Part shown: piece by piece, positions 45,899 through 55,343 of the stretch
Layout of the letters: the number at the start of each line of letters is the position of its first letter
Position numbering within the stretch: the first letter of the stretch is position 1
NCBI GenBank assembly: GCA_026397915.1
Contig: JAPLTX010000044.1
Span: 22,779 to 86,778, forward strand
DNA from: Verrucomicrobiota bacterium
Lineage (GTDB): Bacteria > Verrucomicrobiota > Verrucomicrobiia > CAIQCK01
DNA length: 64,000 bases
Direction of reading: 5' to 3'
The notes under the pieces: generated by a model
The model's database searches: none
Told to the model about the DNA's origin: nothing
The model's input: the letters and a program-made list of their open reading frames with translations, nothing else
Program-made: the position numbers and the translations under genes

Positions 45899-46948
45899 AT
45901 GGCAAAGACTTATCGTTTCGGCATCGTTGGCTGCGGCATGATCTCGGAGTTCCACGCCGCCGCCATCAAGGACATCTCCAACGCCCAACTCGTGGCCGTT
46001 ACCGACGTGCGCGAGGCCGCCGCCAAGCGATTCGGCGAGGCCAACCAGTGCGCGTGGTTCACCGACCTCGGCAAGTTCTGCGCGCACGACATGGACATCG
46101 TCACCATCTGCACGCCGAGCGGCCTGCACATGGACGCCGCCGTCGCCGCCGCGAAGGCCGGCAAGCACGTCGTCGTCGAGAAACCGCTGGAGATCACCCT
46201 CGAACGCTGCGACACCATTATCTCCGCCGCGGCCAGCGCGGGCGTCAAGCTCGCCACCATCTTTCCGTCGCGCTGGAGCGAGTGCAACCAGCTCCTGAAG
46301 CAAGCCGTCGTTAGTGGCTGGTTTGGCCGGCTCACCCTCGGCGACGCCTACGTCAAATGGTGGCGCACGCAGGAATACTACGACGTTGGCGGCTGGCGCG
46401 GCACTTGGAAAATAGACGGTGGCGGCGCGTTGATGAACCAGTCCATCCACAACGTGGACCTGCTCCAGTGGTTCATGGGCGACGTGGCAAGCGTCTCGGC
46501 TGTCACCGGCCTGCTCGCGCACGAGCGCATCGAAGTCGAGGACACAGCCGTCGCCGCGCTCCAGTTCAAGAATGGCGCGCTTGGCACCATCGAGGGCACC
46601 ACTTCCACATTCCCCGGCATGCTGAAGAAAACCGAAATCCACGGCGACAAAGGCACCGTCATCGTCGAGCAGGACGATATCCTTTTTTGGAAGTTTGCCG
46701 CCCCGACGACCGTGGACGACCGCGTGGCAGCGCTCATGTCCCAGCGCAAGTCTGGCACCGGCGGCGCGGCCGATCCCAAGGCCATCAGCTACATCGGCCA
46801 CAAGAAACAGTTCCAGGACTTCATCCACGCGATCGAGACTGGCGGCACGCCGCTCGTGGACGGCAGGGAAGGGCGCAAGTCCGTTGAGATCATCCTTGCC
46901 ATCTACGAGTCCGCGAAGACTGGCAAGAAGGTGACGTTGCCGTTGTGA
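45899..46948 (+). CDS. Gfo/Idh/MocA family oxidoreductase
   Basis: IVGCGMI, TPSGLH, VEKP, GGGALMNQSIH. Confidence 0.92.
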   Translation: MAKTYRFGIVGCGMISEFHAAAIKDISNAQLVAVTDVREAAAKRFGEANQCAWFTDLGKFCAHDMDIVTICTPSGLHMDAAVAAAKAGKHVVVEKPLEITLERCDTIISAAASAGVKLATIFPSRWSECNQLLKQAVVSGWFGRLTLGDAYVKWWRTQEYYDVGGWRGTWKIDGGGALMNQSIHNVDLLQWFMGDVASVSAVTGLLAHERIEVEDTAVAALQFKNGALGTIEGTTSTFPGMLKKTEIHGDKGTVIVEQDDILFWKFAAPTTVDDRVAALMSQRKSGTGGAADPKAISYIGHKKQFQDFIHAIETGGTPLVDGREGRKSVEIILAIYESAKTGKKVTLPL

Positions 46949-46954
46949 GGAGTT

Positions 46955-46978
46955 GTAGCGTCGGCCGTCCCGGCCGAC
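46955..46978. repeat. GTAG-tagged REP hairpin
   Basis: GTAGC-GTCGGCCG-TCC-CGGCCGAC just after a stop codon. Confidence 0.65.
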
Positions 46979-47024
46979 ATGCTCGCAATGTCAGGATAAG
47001 CCGAAGCTGAAACCCAACGACACC

Positions 47025-47504
47025 ATGAGTGAGCCTCATCGCCGCCGTCACAACAAGTGGCTGGAAGCGATTGCGTTCTTCAAGTGTGCCAAAGCCGCGC
47101 TGATGATTCTGGTGGGATTGGGTGCGCTGGCGTTGCTCAACGACGACGTGCGGCAGACGGCTCAAGAATGGACGCACCTGCTACAAATGCACACGCACCA
47201 CCGTGCGTTGCGCCTGACACTCGAAAAGCTCGGCGCAGTGCAGGACCGCTCGCTGGAGACGGCAGGCGTGATTTCATTCTTATACGCCGCGTTGCTGTTC
47301 ACGGAAGGGATCGGCTTGTGGTTGGAGAAACGGTGGGGCGAGTATTTCACGGCCACCATCACGGCTTCGTTCATTCCGTTTGAAGTGTTTGAGATAGTCA
47401 AACACGTGACGGGAATGAAGCTGGCGGTGTTGGCAATCAATGTGGCAGTGCTGGCTTACCTGGTCGCGGTGTTGCGGCGGGGCGCATCATCGAAAACATC
47501 ATAG
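47025..47504 (+). CDS. DUF2127-like membrane protein
   Basis: EGIGLW...WGEY...ITASFIPFEVFE...NVAV. Confidence 0.85.
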   Translation: MSEPHRRRHNKWLEAIAFFKCAKAALMILVGLGALALLNDDVRQTAQEWTHLLQMHTHHRALRLTLEKLGAVQDRSLETAGVISFLYAALLFTEGIGLWLEKRWGEYFTATITASFIPFEVFEIVKHVTGMKLAVLAINVAVLAYLVAVLRRGASSKTS

Positions 47505-47634
47505 CCGCGGAGCAGTGCGAGATAGCGGCCTGTGCCGTGAAACGACAGGCTATTCTCGATGCGTTCCTGACGGGTCTTCATTTTATTGCGGCGATCATAG
47601 CCAAAAGATATGCTGCGCAACCGAAGCGAGGCGC

Positions 47635-48792
47635 ATGACTCAGCAATCCAATCTCCCGCCGACAGCCGCGAAACCACGACGATCGCGTTTGGCAGTTTGG
47701 AGTCTTGTGATGGGAATCAGCCCGGTGCTCAGTTGTTTTGTCAGTCCGGCGTATTCTATCATGAAGGGCATCGTCTTTGCCGCTCTGTATTCCGGTTCCA
47801 AGTTTCTCGATGGCACGGACCAGTGGTGGGTTTCACAGATTACAGTGGCAATTTGCTTTGTCGCTTTGATAACAACACCAATCGTTGGCATTGCGGCTCT
47901 GGTGGTTGTTCGTAGAAGCCGCGGTCGTTTCATTGGCGCGGGAATGGTGATTGCGGGCCTTTGTCTTTGGGCGGTTACGGCTGGGGTATTGATTTTGTTT
48001 TCGGAAGATAGACAGAGCTTGCCATCAACAACAGCGTTGGATGCGAAGATCGTTCCTGTATGCGAAAGCTATCGTTTTGGTGAGCCGGTTCAAGTCAAGT
48101 TGATGGTGACGAACAAGTCGGGCCAGTCCATGGAAACGGTTATTCCGCGAAATGTTTCACGTCATCTAACTTTCTTCCAGATATGGCCATGTCCCACGAT
48201 TTCAACAGAGGCGACCAAGTGGTATCCTTCGGTTGGTTCCGAACTCATCATCATCAAACCGGGGCAGACACTGGAACGCAGATATTGTTTGAATAGGCAT
48301 TTCAGCTTTCCTTTGTGCATAACCTACGGGATTCGCTACAGCCTCGGAATGAGAACATGCCCGACAAGCGCAACGACGCCAACAGAGCGACGGAAAACCA
48401 AACCGTCAGCGGCATCTCAGCCGAAGTTTATCGCAACGTCGGTCGGGATGATCTGGGTTAAATTCCACAGAGTAGAGAAGGCTGCTCTTGATGCTGAAAT
48501 TGCGTCATTGGTGCGACAACTTGGTTCTGGTGATTTCAACAAGGAAAGCGAAGCGGTGGAGGCGTTGAAGTTTCTTCGCTCGCCATTGACGATTCCTTCT
48601 GTCGAGCAGATGTTCAAATCGCTGTCATCGTTTGAGCAGAAACAAGTGATGTGGGGTCTGGATGGCTTGAGAACTCCAGCAGCCTCTGACCTGTTGCAAA
48701 GCTTGGCAGACCAGAATCCAGGCATTGCCGACTTGGCGAGGAAGTATTCGAAAGACATTGCTGATGAGAGTGCGAAGCAGGGTCGTCGGTAG
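47635..48792 (+). CDS. Hypothetical membrane protein (DUF4190-like TM N-terminus, Ig-like middle, HEAT-like C-terminus), lower GC
   Basis: SRLAVWSLVMG start, three TM segments, GEPVQVKLMVTN..IKPGQT; AT-richer codons. Confidence 0.6.
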   Translation: MTQQSNLPPTAAKPRRSRLAVWSLVMGISPVLSCFVSPAYSIMKGIVFAALYSGSKFLDGTDQWWVSQITVAICFVALITTPIVGIAALVVVRRSRGRFIGAGMVIAGLCLWAVTAGVLILFSEDRQSLPSTTALDAKIVPVCESYRFGEPVQVKLMVTNKSGQSMETVIPRNVSRHLTFFQIWPCPTISTEATKWYPSVGSELIIIKPGQTLERRYCLNRHFSFPLCITYGIRYSLGMRTCPTSATTPTERRKTKPSAASQPKFIATSVGMIWVKFHRVEKAALDAEIASLVRQLGSGDFNKESEAVEALKFLRSPLTIPSVEQMFKSLSSFEQKQVMWGLDGLRTPAASDLLQSLADQNPGIADLARKYSKDIADESAKQGRR

Positions 48793-48858
48793 CGCGTCCG
48801 GCATCCCGTCTTTTCTCTCTTGCTCTCGCCGCGGGGAGCGGCTAGTTGAAACGGCACT

Positions 48859-49158
48859 ATGTTTTCACACGTTGTCATTTTCTGGACGGACCCAAACAAA
48901 CCGCAGGCGGCCGATGCGTTGGTCGCTGGCATGGAGAAATACCTGAAGCCGATTCCCGGCGCGCTGAGCTTCCACGTGGGGCGGATGGTGAAAAGCCCCC
49001 GGGCGGTGGTGGAGCAAACCTACGCCGTGGCGCTTAATCTCCAGTTCCTGAACAAGAAGGCGCAGGATGACTATCAGGTGCATCCGCTGCACATCGAGTT
49101 CGTGGAAAAGGTCTTCAAGCCGAACTGCTCGAAGGTCGTCGTTTACGACTTCGAATAG
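48859..49158 (+). CDS. Dabb family (stress-responsive A/B barrel) protein
   Basis: HVVIFW...YQVHPLH...VYDF. Confidence 0.88.
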   Translation: MFSHVVIFWTDPNKPQAADALVAGMEKYLKPIPGALSFHVGRMVKSPRAVVEQTYAVALNLQFLNKKAQDDYQVHPLHIEFVEKVFKPNCSKVVVYDFE

Positions 49159-49266
49159 GGCGCGCGGCTGGCGTCGGAAAAATACCAGTCTTCGTCGGCT
49201 TCCATGTAGCGTCGCGGACGCCCGAGGCGTAGTATGCGGGTAGAAACTCTAACCATCGGTGAATCT

Positions 49267-50610
49267 ATGAATCCTACTCAATCTTCCGACTCGCAGACTT
49301 CCATCAACCGCCGCAATTTCCTCAAAAGCTCTGCTGCCGTGGCTGGCACTGCCATGCTCGGCACGCTGGAGCTGAGCCGCAGTGTTCACGCGGCGGAAAG
49401 CAACGTGATCAAGCTCGGTCTCGTCGGTTGCGGCGGACGCGGCGCCGGCGCTGCCAGCGACGCGTTGACGGGCGACCCCAACACCAAACTCTGGGCCATG
49501 GCCGACGTGTTCCCCGACAAGATTGGGACAGCGCTCAAGGATTTGACCAAGAAGTATGGCGCCCGGATTCAAGTGGATCCAGCGCGGCAGTTCAGCGGCC
49601 TCGACGGCTATCGCGGCGTCATCGAGAACTGCGATGTGGTCATGATCGCCTGCGCGTCGCGGTTCCACGCGCAATACGGGCTGGCGGCGGTGAAGGCGAA
49701 GAAACACGTCTTTGTCGAGAAACCGGCGGCGGTGGACGTGGCGGGCATCTACACGATCCTGGAGGCCGACGAACTCTGCAAGAAGAACGGCACGGGCTTC
49801 CTCGCTGGCGTCACCTATCGCTATCATCTGGGTCGGCGCGAGGCGATCAAGCGCATCCATGCCGGCGAGATCGGCGACATTCTTGCCATCCAGTGCGATT
49901 ACCTGCGCACGCCCTACCGCATGATTGAGCGCCAGCCCGAATGGAGCGAGATGGAGTATCAGTTCCGCAACTGGTATCACTTCACCTGGCTTTCCGGCGA
50001 CGATGTGCCGCAGTCGCTTATTCACAACCTCGATTCCGCCCTCTGGGCGCTCGGCGACGTGATGCCGGACGCAGCCTACGGCATGGGCGGTCGCTCGACG
50101 CATTTCCAGACTTCGCTGGGCACGTCGTTTGATCATCACCACGTCACTTACGAATACGCCGACGGTCGTTGCATCTACGGCTCCTGCCGCACCGCCGCGG
50201 GCTGCTTCGGTTCGAACAAGGATGTGTATCATGGCACGAAGGGACGCTGTCACTTCGCGGCGTTCCAACCGCCGGTGTTCACCGACCTGAAAGGCAACGT
50301 CACGTGGAAAGCCGACCCGCTGCCTCCGGGCAACACGCCCTACATTCAGGAGCACAAGGAGTTTCTGGAATCCATCCGCGCGGGCAAGCCGTTCCAGCGT
50401 GGAAAGATCCTTGCCGACTCCTCCATGGGCACGGTGCTGGGCCAGATGGTGGTTTATAACGGCCAGCGCCTCACGTGGAAGGACGCGATGAAGTCCAAGT
50501 TCGCCTTCCCGCCGAAAGGCGAGATCAAGATGGACACGGAGCCGCCCGTGAAGCCCGGCCTCGACGGCATCTATCCGGTCGCCATTCCTGGCAAGACGAA
50601 GCTGTATTGA
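49267..50610 (+). CDS. Tat-exported Gfo/Idh/MocA oxidoreductase
   Basis: NRRNFLK signal, VGCGGRG, FVEKP, NWYHFTWLSGD. Confidence 0.9.
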   Translation: MNPTQSSDSQTSINRRNFLKSSAAVAGTAMLGTLELSRSVHAAESNVIKLGLVGCGGRGAGAASDALTGDPNTKLWAMADVFPDKIGTALKDLTKKYGARIQVDPARQFSGLDGYRGVIENCDVVMIACASRFHAQYGLAAVKAKKHVFVEKPAAVDVAGIYTILEADELCKKNGTGFLAGVTYRYHLGRREAIKRIHAGEIGDILAIQCDYLRTPYRMIERQPEWSEMEYQFRNWYHFTWLSGDDVPQSLIHNLDSALWALGDVMPDAAYGMGGRSTHFQTSLGTSFDHHHVTYEYADGRCIYGSCRTAAGCFGSNKDVYHGTKGRCHFAAFQPPVFTDLKGNVTWKADPLPPGNTPYIQEHKEFLESIRAGKPFQRGKILADSSMGTVLGQMVVYNGQRLTWKDAMKSKFAFPPKGEIKMDTEPPVKPGLDGIYPVAIPGKTKLY

Positions 50611-50627
50611 CCAGCCGCTTCCAAACC

Positions 50628-50743
50628 ATGAAGCCGAAGGCTTTGGACTGCTGCGAGCATCGCAGCTATCTGCGTCAGGTCGTGCCGTTGCCCGCGTTGC
50701 GAAAGCTGTAGTTCCTACAGCAGTTCAGAGCCTTCGGCTTCAT
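50628..50743. repeat. Branched palindromic element (26-bp outer inverted repeat, two inner hairpins)
   Basis: ATGAAGCCGAAGGCTTTGGACTGCTG ... CAGCAGTTCAGAGCCTTCGGCTTCAT (2 mismatches); inner GCTGCGAgcaTCGCAGC and GCTGTAGttcCTACAGC. Confidence 0.8.
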
Positions 50744-50802
50744 CCAAGAACGCAATCCGGAAGATCGCCCGTTGAATTCTTACGCTGCATGGAGTTGACA
50801 TC

Positions 50803-52308
50803 ATGAAGACAAACACAGCCTTAATTCGGATTGTCTGCTGCGCCTCGCTTCTGACCGCACTCACTGCTCTCGGCGCCAACCCCATCGAGATCGAGAACCG
50901 CAAGCCCGGCGCGGCCGACTGGCAGCTTACCCGCGTGCGGCTCGACAGTCCCACTGGTATGCGCTCACCGTTCATCGAGGGCTACTGCTCCCGGCAGAGC
51001 GTCAAGGCGGGCGAGACCATTGACATCATGGTTTCCACCGATCCGCCGGCGAAGTTCGCCATCGAGATCTTCCGCACCGGCTACTACGGCGGCAAGGGCG
51101 CGCGGCTCATGAAGAAGCTCGGCCCGTTCCAAGGCAAGGCGCAGGCCATTCCGAAGCCCGGCCCGAAGGACATCCATGAATGCCAGTGGACACCGACCAC
51201 GCAGCTCGCCATCCCGAAGGACTGGGTCAGCGGCGTCTATCTCGGCCGGCTGACGACGCTGCCTGCGGACAAGGAGAAGCCTTACTGGCAGAGCTACGTC
51301 ATTTTCATCGTTCGCGACGAACGGCCCGCCGACATCCTCTTCCAGTGCTCCGACAACACCTGGCAGTCCTACAACCGCTGGCCGACGAAGTATTCCGTCT
51401 ATACGCACCCGAAGGGGAACCAAGGGCCGTGGGCCGACGTCAGCTTCGACCGGCCTTACGGACGGCAGTCGCAATACACCGGCATCGTCAACGATCCGCT
51501 CTCCGTCGGCTCCGGCGAGTTTCTCTCCTTCGAGCAGCCGTTCGCCTACTGGCTCGAAGAGCACGGCTACGACGTCACCTACTGCTCCAACAGCGACATG
51601 CTCACGCCCGACCACGGCCTCAAGTGCAAGACCTTCCTCAGCGTCGGCCACGATGAGTATTGGGACATCCGCATGTTCCGCAGCGCCGAGAAGATGCGCG
51701 ACGCGGGCGTGAACCTCATGTTCTTCTCCGGCAACGCCGTCTGCTGGGTCACACCGTTCCGCGCCAGCAGCAGCGGCGTGCCCAATCGCATCATCTTCCG
51801 TGGAGGCCCCTACGGCGCGCAGCAGGACTACGCGGTGGACCGCCAGAAGACCAACGGTCCCTTCCCGGAGAACGGCCCCGACGAGGGTTACCTCATGGGC
51901 GCCCGCAACGGTCGTCCCATCAACGGCGGCGGTGACTGGATCGTCACCAAGCCCGACCACTGGATGTTCGCAGGCACCGGCATGAAGAAAGGCGACCGCA
52001 TCCCCGGTCTCGTTGGTTGGGAATACCACAACCTCCCCGCCACCGAGATCCCCGGCCTCGAAATCGTAGCCAAAGGCAACGTCTGGGTCGGCGGCGAGAC
52101 ACTGTCGGACTACGCCGCCACGATCTATCCCGGCCCGAAGGGCAACTTTGTCTTTAACGCCGCAACCATCTTCTGGTGCCAGGACCTCTCCATGCCGCCC
52201 GGCCACACCCTGCCGTGGAGCCACTGGAGCCGACCCCACGGCCCCGACCCGCGCGTGCAGCAAATCACGCACAACCTGCTGCGGCGGGCGGTTGGTGTGA
52301 GCAAGTAG
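50803..52308 (+). CDS. Secreted N,N-dimethylformamidase beta-subunit-like (DUF6605-like) protein, copy 1
   Basis: Signal peptide; EGYCS, GYYGG, SGVYL, TWQSYN, SFDRPY, GHDEYW, FFSGN. Confidence 0.78.
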   Translation: MKTNTALIRIVCCASLLTALTALGANPIEIENRKPGAADWQLTRVRLDSPTGMRSPFIEGYCSRQSVKAGETIDIMVSTDPPAKFAIEIFRTGYYGGKGARLMKKLGPFQGKAQAIPKPGPKDIHECQWTPTTQLAIPKDWVSGVYLGRLTTLPADKEKPYWQSYVIFIVRDERPADILFQCSDNTWQSYNRWPTKYSVYTHPKGNQGPWADVSFDRPYGRQSQYTGIVNDPLSVGSGEFLSFEQPFAYWLEEHGYDVTYCSNSDMLTPDHGLKCKTFLSVGHDEYWDIRMFRSAEKMRDAGVNLMFFSGNAVCWVTPFRASSSGVPNRIIFRGGPYGAQQDYAVDRQKTNGPFPENGPDEGYLMGARNGRPINGGGDWIVTKPDHWMFAGTGMKKGDRIPGLVGWEYHNLPATEIPGLEIVAKGNVWVGGETLSDYAATIYPGPKGNFVFNAATIFWCQDLSMPPGHTLPWSHWSRPHGPDPRVQQITHNLLRRAVGVSK

Positions 52309-52317
52309 GAGTCACAG

Positions 52318-53814
52318 ATGAAGACGCGTTTGCTTCTTTGCTTTCTTTTCGCTTGTTCTGGTGCGCTCAACGCCGCGCAGAACAACCTCATCCTCGACGA
52401 GAATCGGAAGCCCGGCTCGACGGACTGGCAGCTCACGCGCGTCCGCACCGACAAGAACAACTACCGTTCGCCGTGGATTGAAGGGTATTGCTCAAGACAG
52501 TCCGTCCTTGCGGGTGAGCCGCTTGACATCATGGTTTCGACCGATCCGCCGGCGAAGTTCAAGATCGAGGTCTTCCGCACCGGCTACTACGGTGGCAAGG
52601 GCGCGCGGTTGATGACGACGCTGGGTCCGCTGCAGGGCGCGGCACAGCCCATCCCGCCCGTCGGCGAGAAACGACTGCGCGAGTGTCGCTGGAAGTCATC
52701 CGCGACGCTGAAGATTCCCGCTGACTGGCTGAGTGGCGTTTATCTCGGCCGGTTGACGACGCTGCCGGACGCCGCCGATAAACCGTATTGGCAGAGCTAT
52801 GTCATCTTCATCGTCCGCGACACGCGGCGCGCCGACGTGCTGTTCCAGTGCAGCGATAACACATGGCAGGCTTACAACAAGTGGCCCGACAGCTACTCGC
52901 TTTACACCGATCCGCGCGGCTCTCACGCGCGCGACGTGGCGGTTAGCTTCGACCGGCCCTACGGCCGCCAACCTCAATACATGGCGATCGTCAACGACCC
53001 CCTTTCGGTCGGCTCCGGCGAGTTTCTGTCGTTCGAACAGCCGCTCGCCTACTTCCTTGAACAGCACGGCTACGACGTGAGCTACTGCTCCAACAGCGAC
53101 TGCCTCGACGCATCGCAGATCACGCGCTGCAAGACCTTCATCAGCGTCGGCCACGATGAGTATTGGGACTTGCCACAATATCACGCAACGAAGGCGGCCA
53201 TTGAGGCTGGCGTCAACGTGCTTTGGCTCAGCGGCAACTCGGTCTGCGCAGTCAGCGCATTTTCGCCCTCTGCCGACGGTCGCCCGAACCGCATTATCAC
53301 TCGCACCGGCCACTTTTCAGGCATGACCGACGCGGAATTCGCGCAAGAGGAGAAATGTTTCACTAAAGACTACCGGCGGATCGGCCCGGACGAGACGCTC
53401 ATCATGGGCGTCAGGACGATTATTCCGGCTAACGGCGGCGGCGATTGGATTTGCACCAAGCCGAGCCACTGGATCTTCGCCGGCACCGGCATGAAGAAAG
53501 GCGACGCCATCCCCGGCCTTGTCGGGTGGGAACACCACGGCGCACCCGCGAAGCTGCCCGGCCTCGAAGTTGTCGCCGAAGGCACTGCCTGGTCCGGCGG
53601 CGTCAAACCCGCGCACTGGACCGCGACGATCTTCCCTGGCCCGAAGAAAAACTTCATCTTCAACGCCGCGACGATCTTTTGGTGTCAGGACCTGAGCATG
53701 CCGCCGGGCCACACGCTGCCGTGGTCGCACTGGAGCCGCCCGCACGGCCCCGACCCGCGCGTCCAGCAGATCACGCATAACCTGCTGCGGCGGGCGATTG
53801 GCACGAGCAAGTAG
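52318..53814 (+). CDS. Secreted DMFase-beta-like protein, copy 2
   Basis: Same motifs (TWQAYN, SFDRPY, GHDEYW); SD AGGAG. Confidence 0.78.
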   Translation: MKTRLLLCFLFACSGALNAAQNNLILDENRKPGSTDWQLTRVRTDKNNYRSPWIEGYCSRQSVLAGEPLDIMVSTDPPAKFKIEVFRTGYYGGKGARLMTTLGPLQGAAQPIPPVGEKRLRECRWKSSATLKIPADWLSGVYLGRLTTLPDAADKPYWQSYVIFIVRDTRRADVLFQCSDNTWQAYNKWPDSYSLYTDPRGSHARDVAVSFDRPYGRQPQYMAIVNDPLSVGSGEFLSFEQPLAYFLEQHGYDVSYCSNSDCLDASQITRCKTFISVGHDEYWDLPQYHATKAAIEAGVNVLWLSGNSVCAVSAFSPSADGRPNRIITRTGHFSGMTDAEFAQEEKCFTKDYRRIGPDETLIMGVRTIIPANGGGDWICTKPSHWIFAGTGMKKGDAIPGLVGWEHHGAPAKLPGLEVVAEGTAWSGGVKPAHWTATIFPGPKKNFIFNAATIFWCQDLSMPPGHTLPWSHWSRPHGPDPRVQQITHNLLRRAIGTSK

Positions 53815-53824
53815 GAGCAACTTT

Positions 53825-55315
53825 ATGAAAATGCAAGGCGCGATGGTGACGTTGTGCTTGGCTGTTGTTTGCGCGGCGGCGGCCGAGCGGTATGAGCCGA
53901 CTTGGGAATCGCTAGACAAGCGGCCCGTGCCGGCGTGGTTCGGGGACGCGAAGTTCGGCATCTTCATCCACTGGGGGCCGTATGCCGTGCCGGCGTGGGC
54001 GCCGGTGGGGACTTACTCGGAATGGTATCAGTTCTGGCTGCAGAACAAGACCTGCTCAGGCAACAGCCACCCGAAGCCGACGGCGGTGACGGATTACCAC
54101 GCGCGGGTCTATGGCGCGGACTTCAGTTACTATCAGTTCGGGAATATGTTCAAGGCGCAGGACTACGACCCCGCCGCGTGGGCGGAGTTGTTCGTGCAGT
54201 CCGGCGCGCGATACATCGTGGCGACGAGCAAGCATCACGATGGCTTCTGCATGTGGCCGAACCAGCACGCGAACAAGGCGTTTGGCCGCCCGTGGAACAG
54301 CATGGACGCCGGCCCGAAGCGCGACCTTGTCGGCGAGTTGAAGGCGGCGGTGGAGAAGACGCCGGTGAAGTTCGGCCTCTATTACTCGTTGTTCGAGTGG
54401 TATAACCCGCTCTGGAAGGACGCGGCGCAGCGCGGGCGGTTCGTGGATGAGCATTTCCTGCCGCAGGTGAAGGAACTGGTCACGCGCTACCAGCCCGCGA
54501 TCCTCTGGGGCGACGGCGACTGGATGGTGGAGGACTCGTTCTGGAAGAGCCGCGAGTTGCTCGCGTGGCTCTACAACGATTCGCCCGTCAAGGACACGGT
54601 GCTGGTCAACGACCGTTGGGGCAAGAACTGCCGGCTCAAGCACGGTTATCCCACCACCGAATACCAATCCGGCACGACGTTCGCCGGACCGTGGGAGGAA
54701 TGCCGCGGCATCGGGTTCTCGTTCGGCTACAACCGCAACGAGGACGCGCAGGACTACAACTCGGCGCAGGTGCTCATCCTGATGCTGGCCGACATCGTCA
54801 GCCACGGCGGCAACCTGCTGCTCGACATCGGCCCCGACGGCACTGGCAAGATTCCGCCGATCATGCAGGAACGGCTGTTGCAGATCGGCCAGTGGCTCAA
54901 GGTCAACGGCGAGGCCATCTACGGCACGCGCAAGTGGAGGACGATGGTCCAGTGGTCGGCCGGCAAGCAGATGGACGGCGAGGAATACAAGAAGCTGAAG
55001 AAGCTCACCTACGTCGGCGGCGACTTCCTCTTGAAGCAGACGGTCTGCCCGGAGCCGGGCATGGCGGTGAAGGAAGTGTTCTTCACCACGAAGGGCGACG
55101 CCGTCTATGCCATCGTCCCGAAGCTGCCCGAGGGCAAGCTCCTGCTCAAGGGCGTCGTGCCGCAGCCGAAGGCACGCGTCACCATGCTCGGCACGAACAA
55201 GACGTTCCGCTGGGAGAAGACCAAGGACGGCATGAAGATCACCGTGCCGCCGCTGCTCGCGAAGGAAGTGCCCTGCGAGCACGCGTGGGTGTTCAAGCTC
55301 ACGGGCGTGAAGTAA
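53825..55315 (+). CDS. Alpha-L-fucosidase (GH29)
   Basis: YEPTWESL, AKFGIFIHWG, KHHDGF, LWGDG nucleophile, VNDRW, WEECRG, GNLLLDIGP. Confidence 0.93.
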   Translation: MKMQGAMVTLCLAVVCAAAAERYEPTWESLDKRPVPAWFGDAKFGIFIHWGPYAVPAWAPVGTYSEWYQFWLQNKTCSGNSHPKPTAVTDYHARVYGADFSYYQFGNMFKAQDYDPAAWAELFVQSGARYIVATSKHHDGFCMWPNQHANKAFGRPWNSMDAGPKRDLVGELKAAVEKTPVKFGLYYSLFEWYNPLWKDAAQRGRFVDEHFLPQVKELVTRYQPAILWGDGDWMVEDSFWKSRELLAWLYNDSPVKDTVLVNDRWGKNCRLKHGYPTTEYQSGTTFAGPWEECRGIGFSFGYNRNEDAQDYNSAQVLILMLADIVSHGGNLLLDIGPDGTGKIPPIMQERLLQIGQWLKVNGEAIYGTRKWRTMVQWSAGKQMDGEEYKKLKKLTYVGGDFLLKQTVCPEPGMAVKEVFFTTKGDAVYAIVPKLPEGKLLLKGVVPQPKARVTMLGTNKTFRWEKTKDGMKITVPPLLAKEVPCEHAWVFKLTGVK

Positions 55316-55343
55316 GGAGTGGTAGCTGCGAGAGGATTGAACC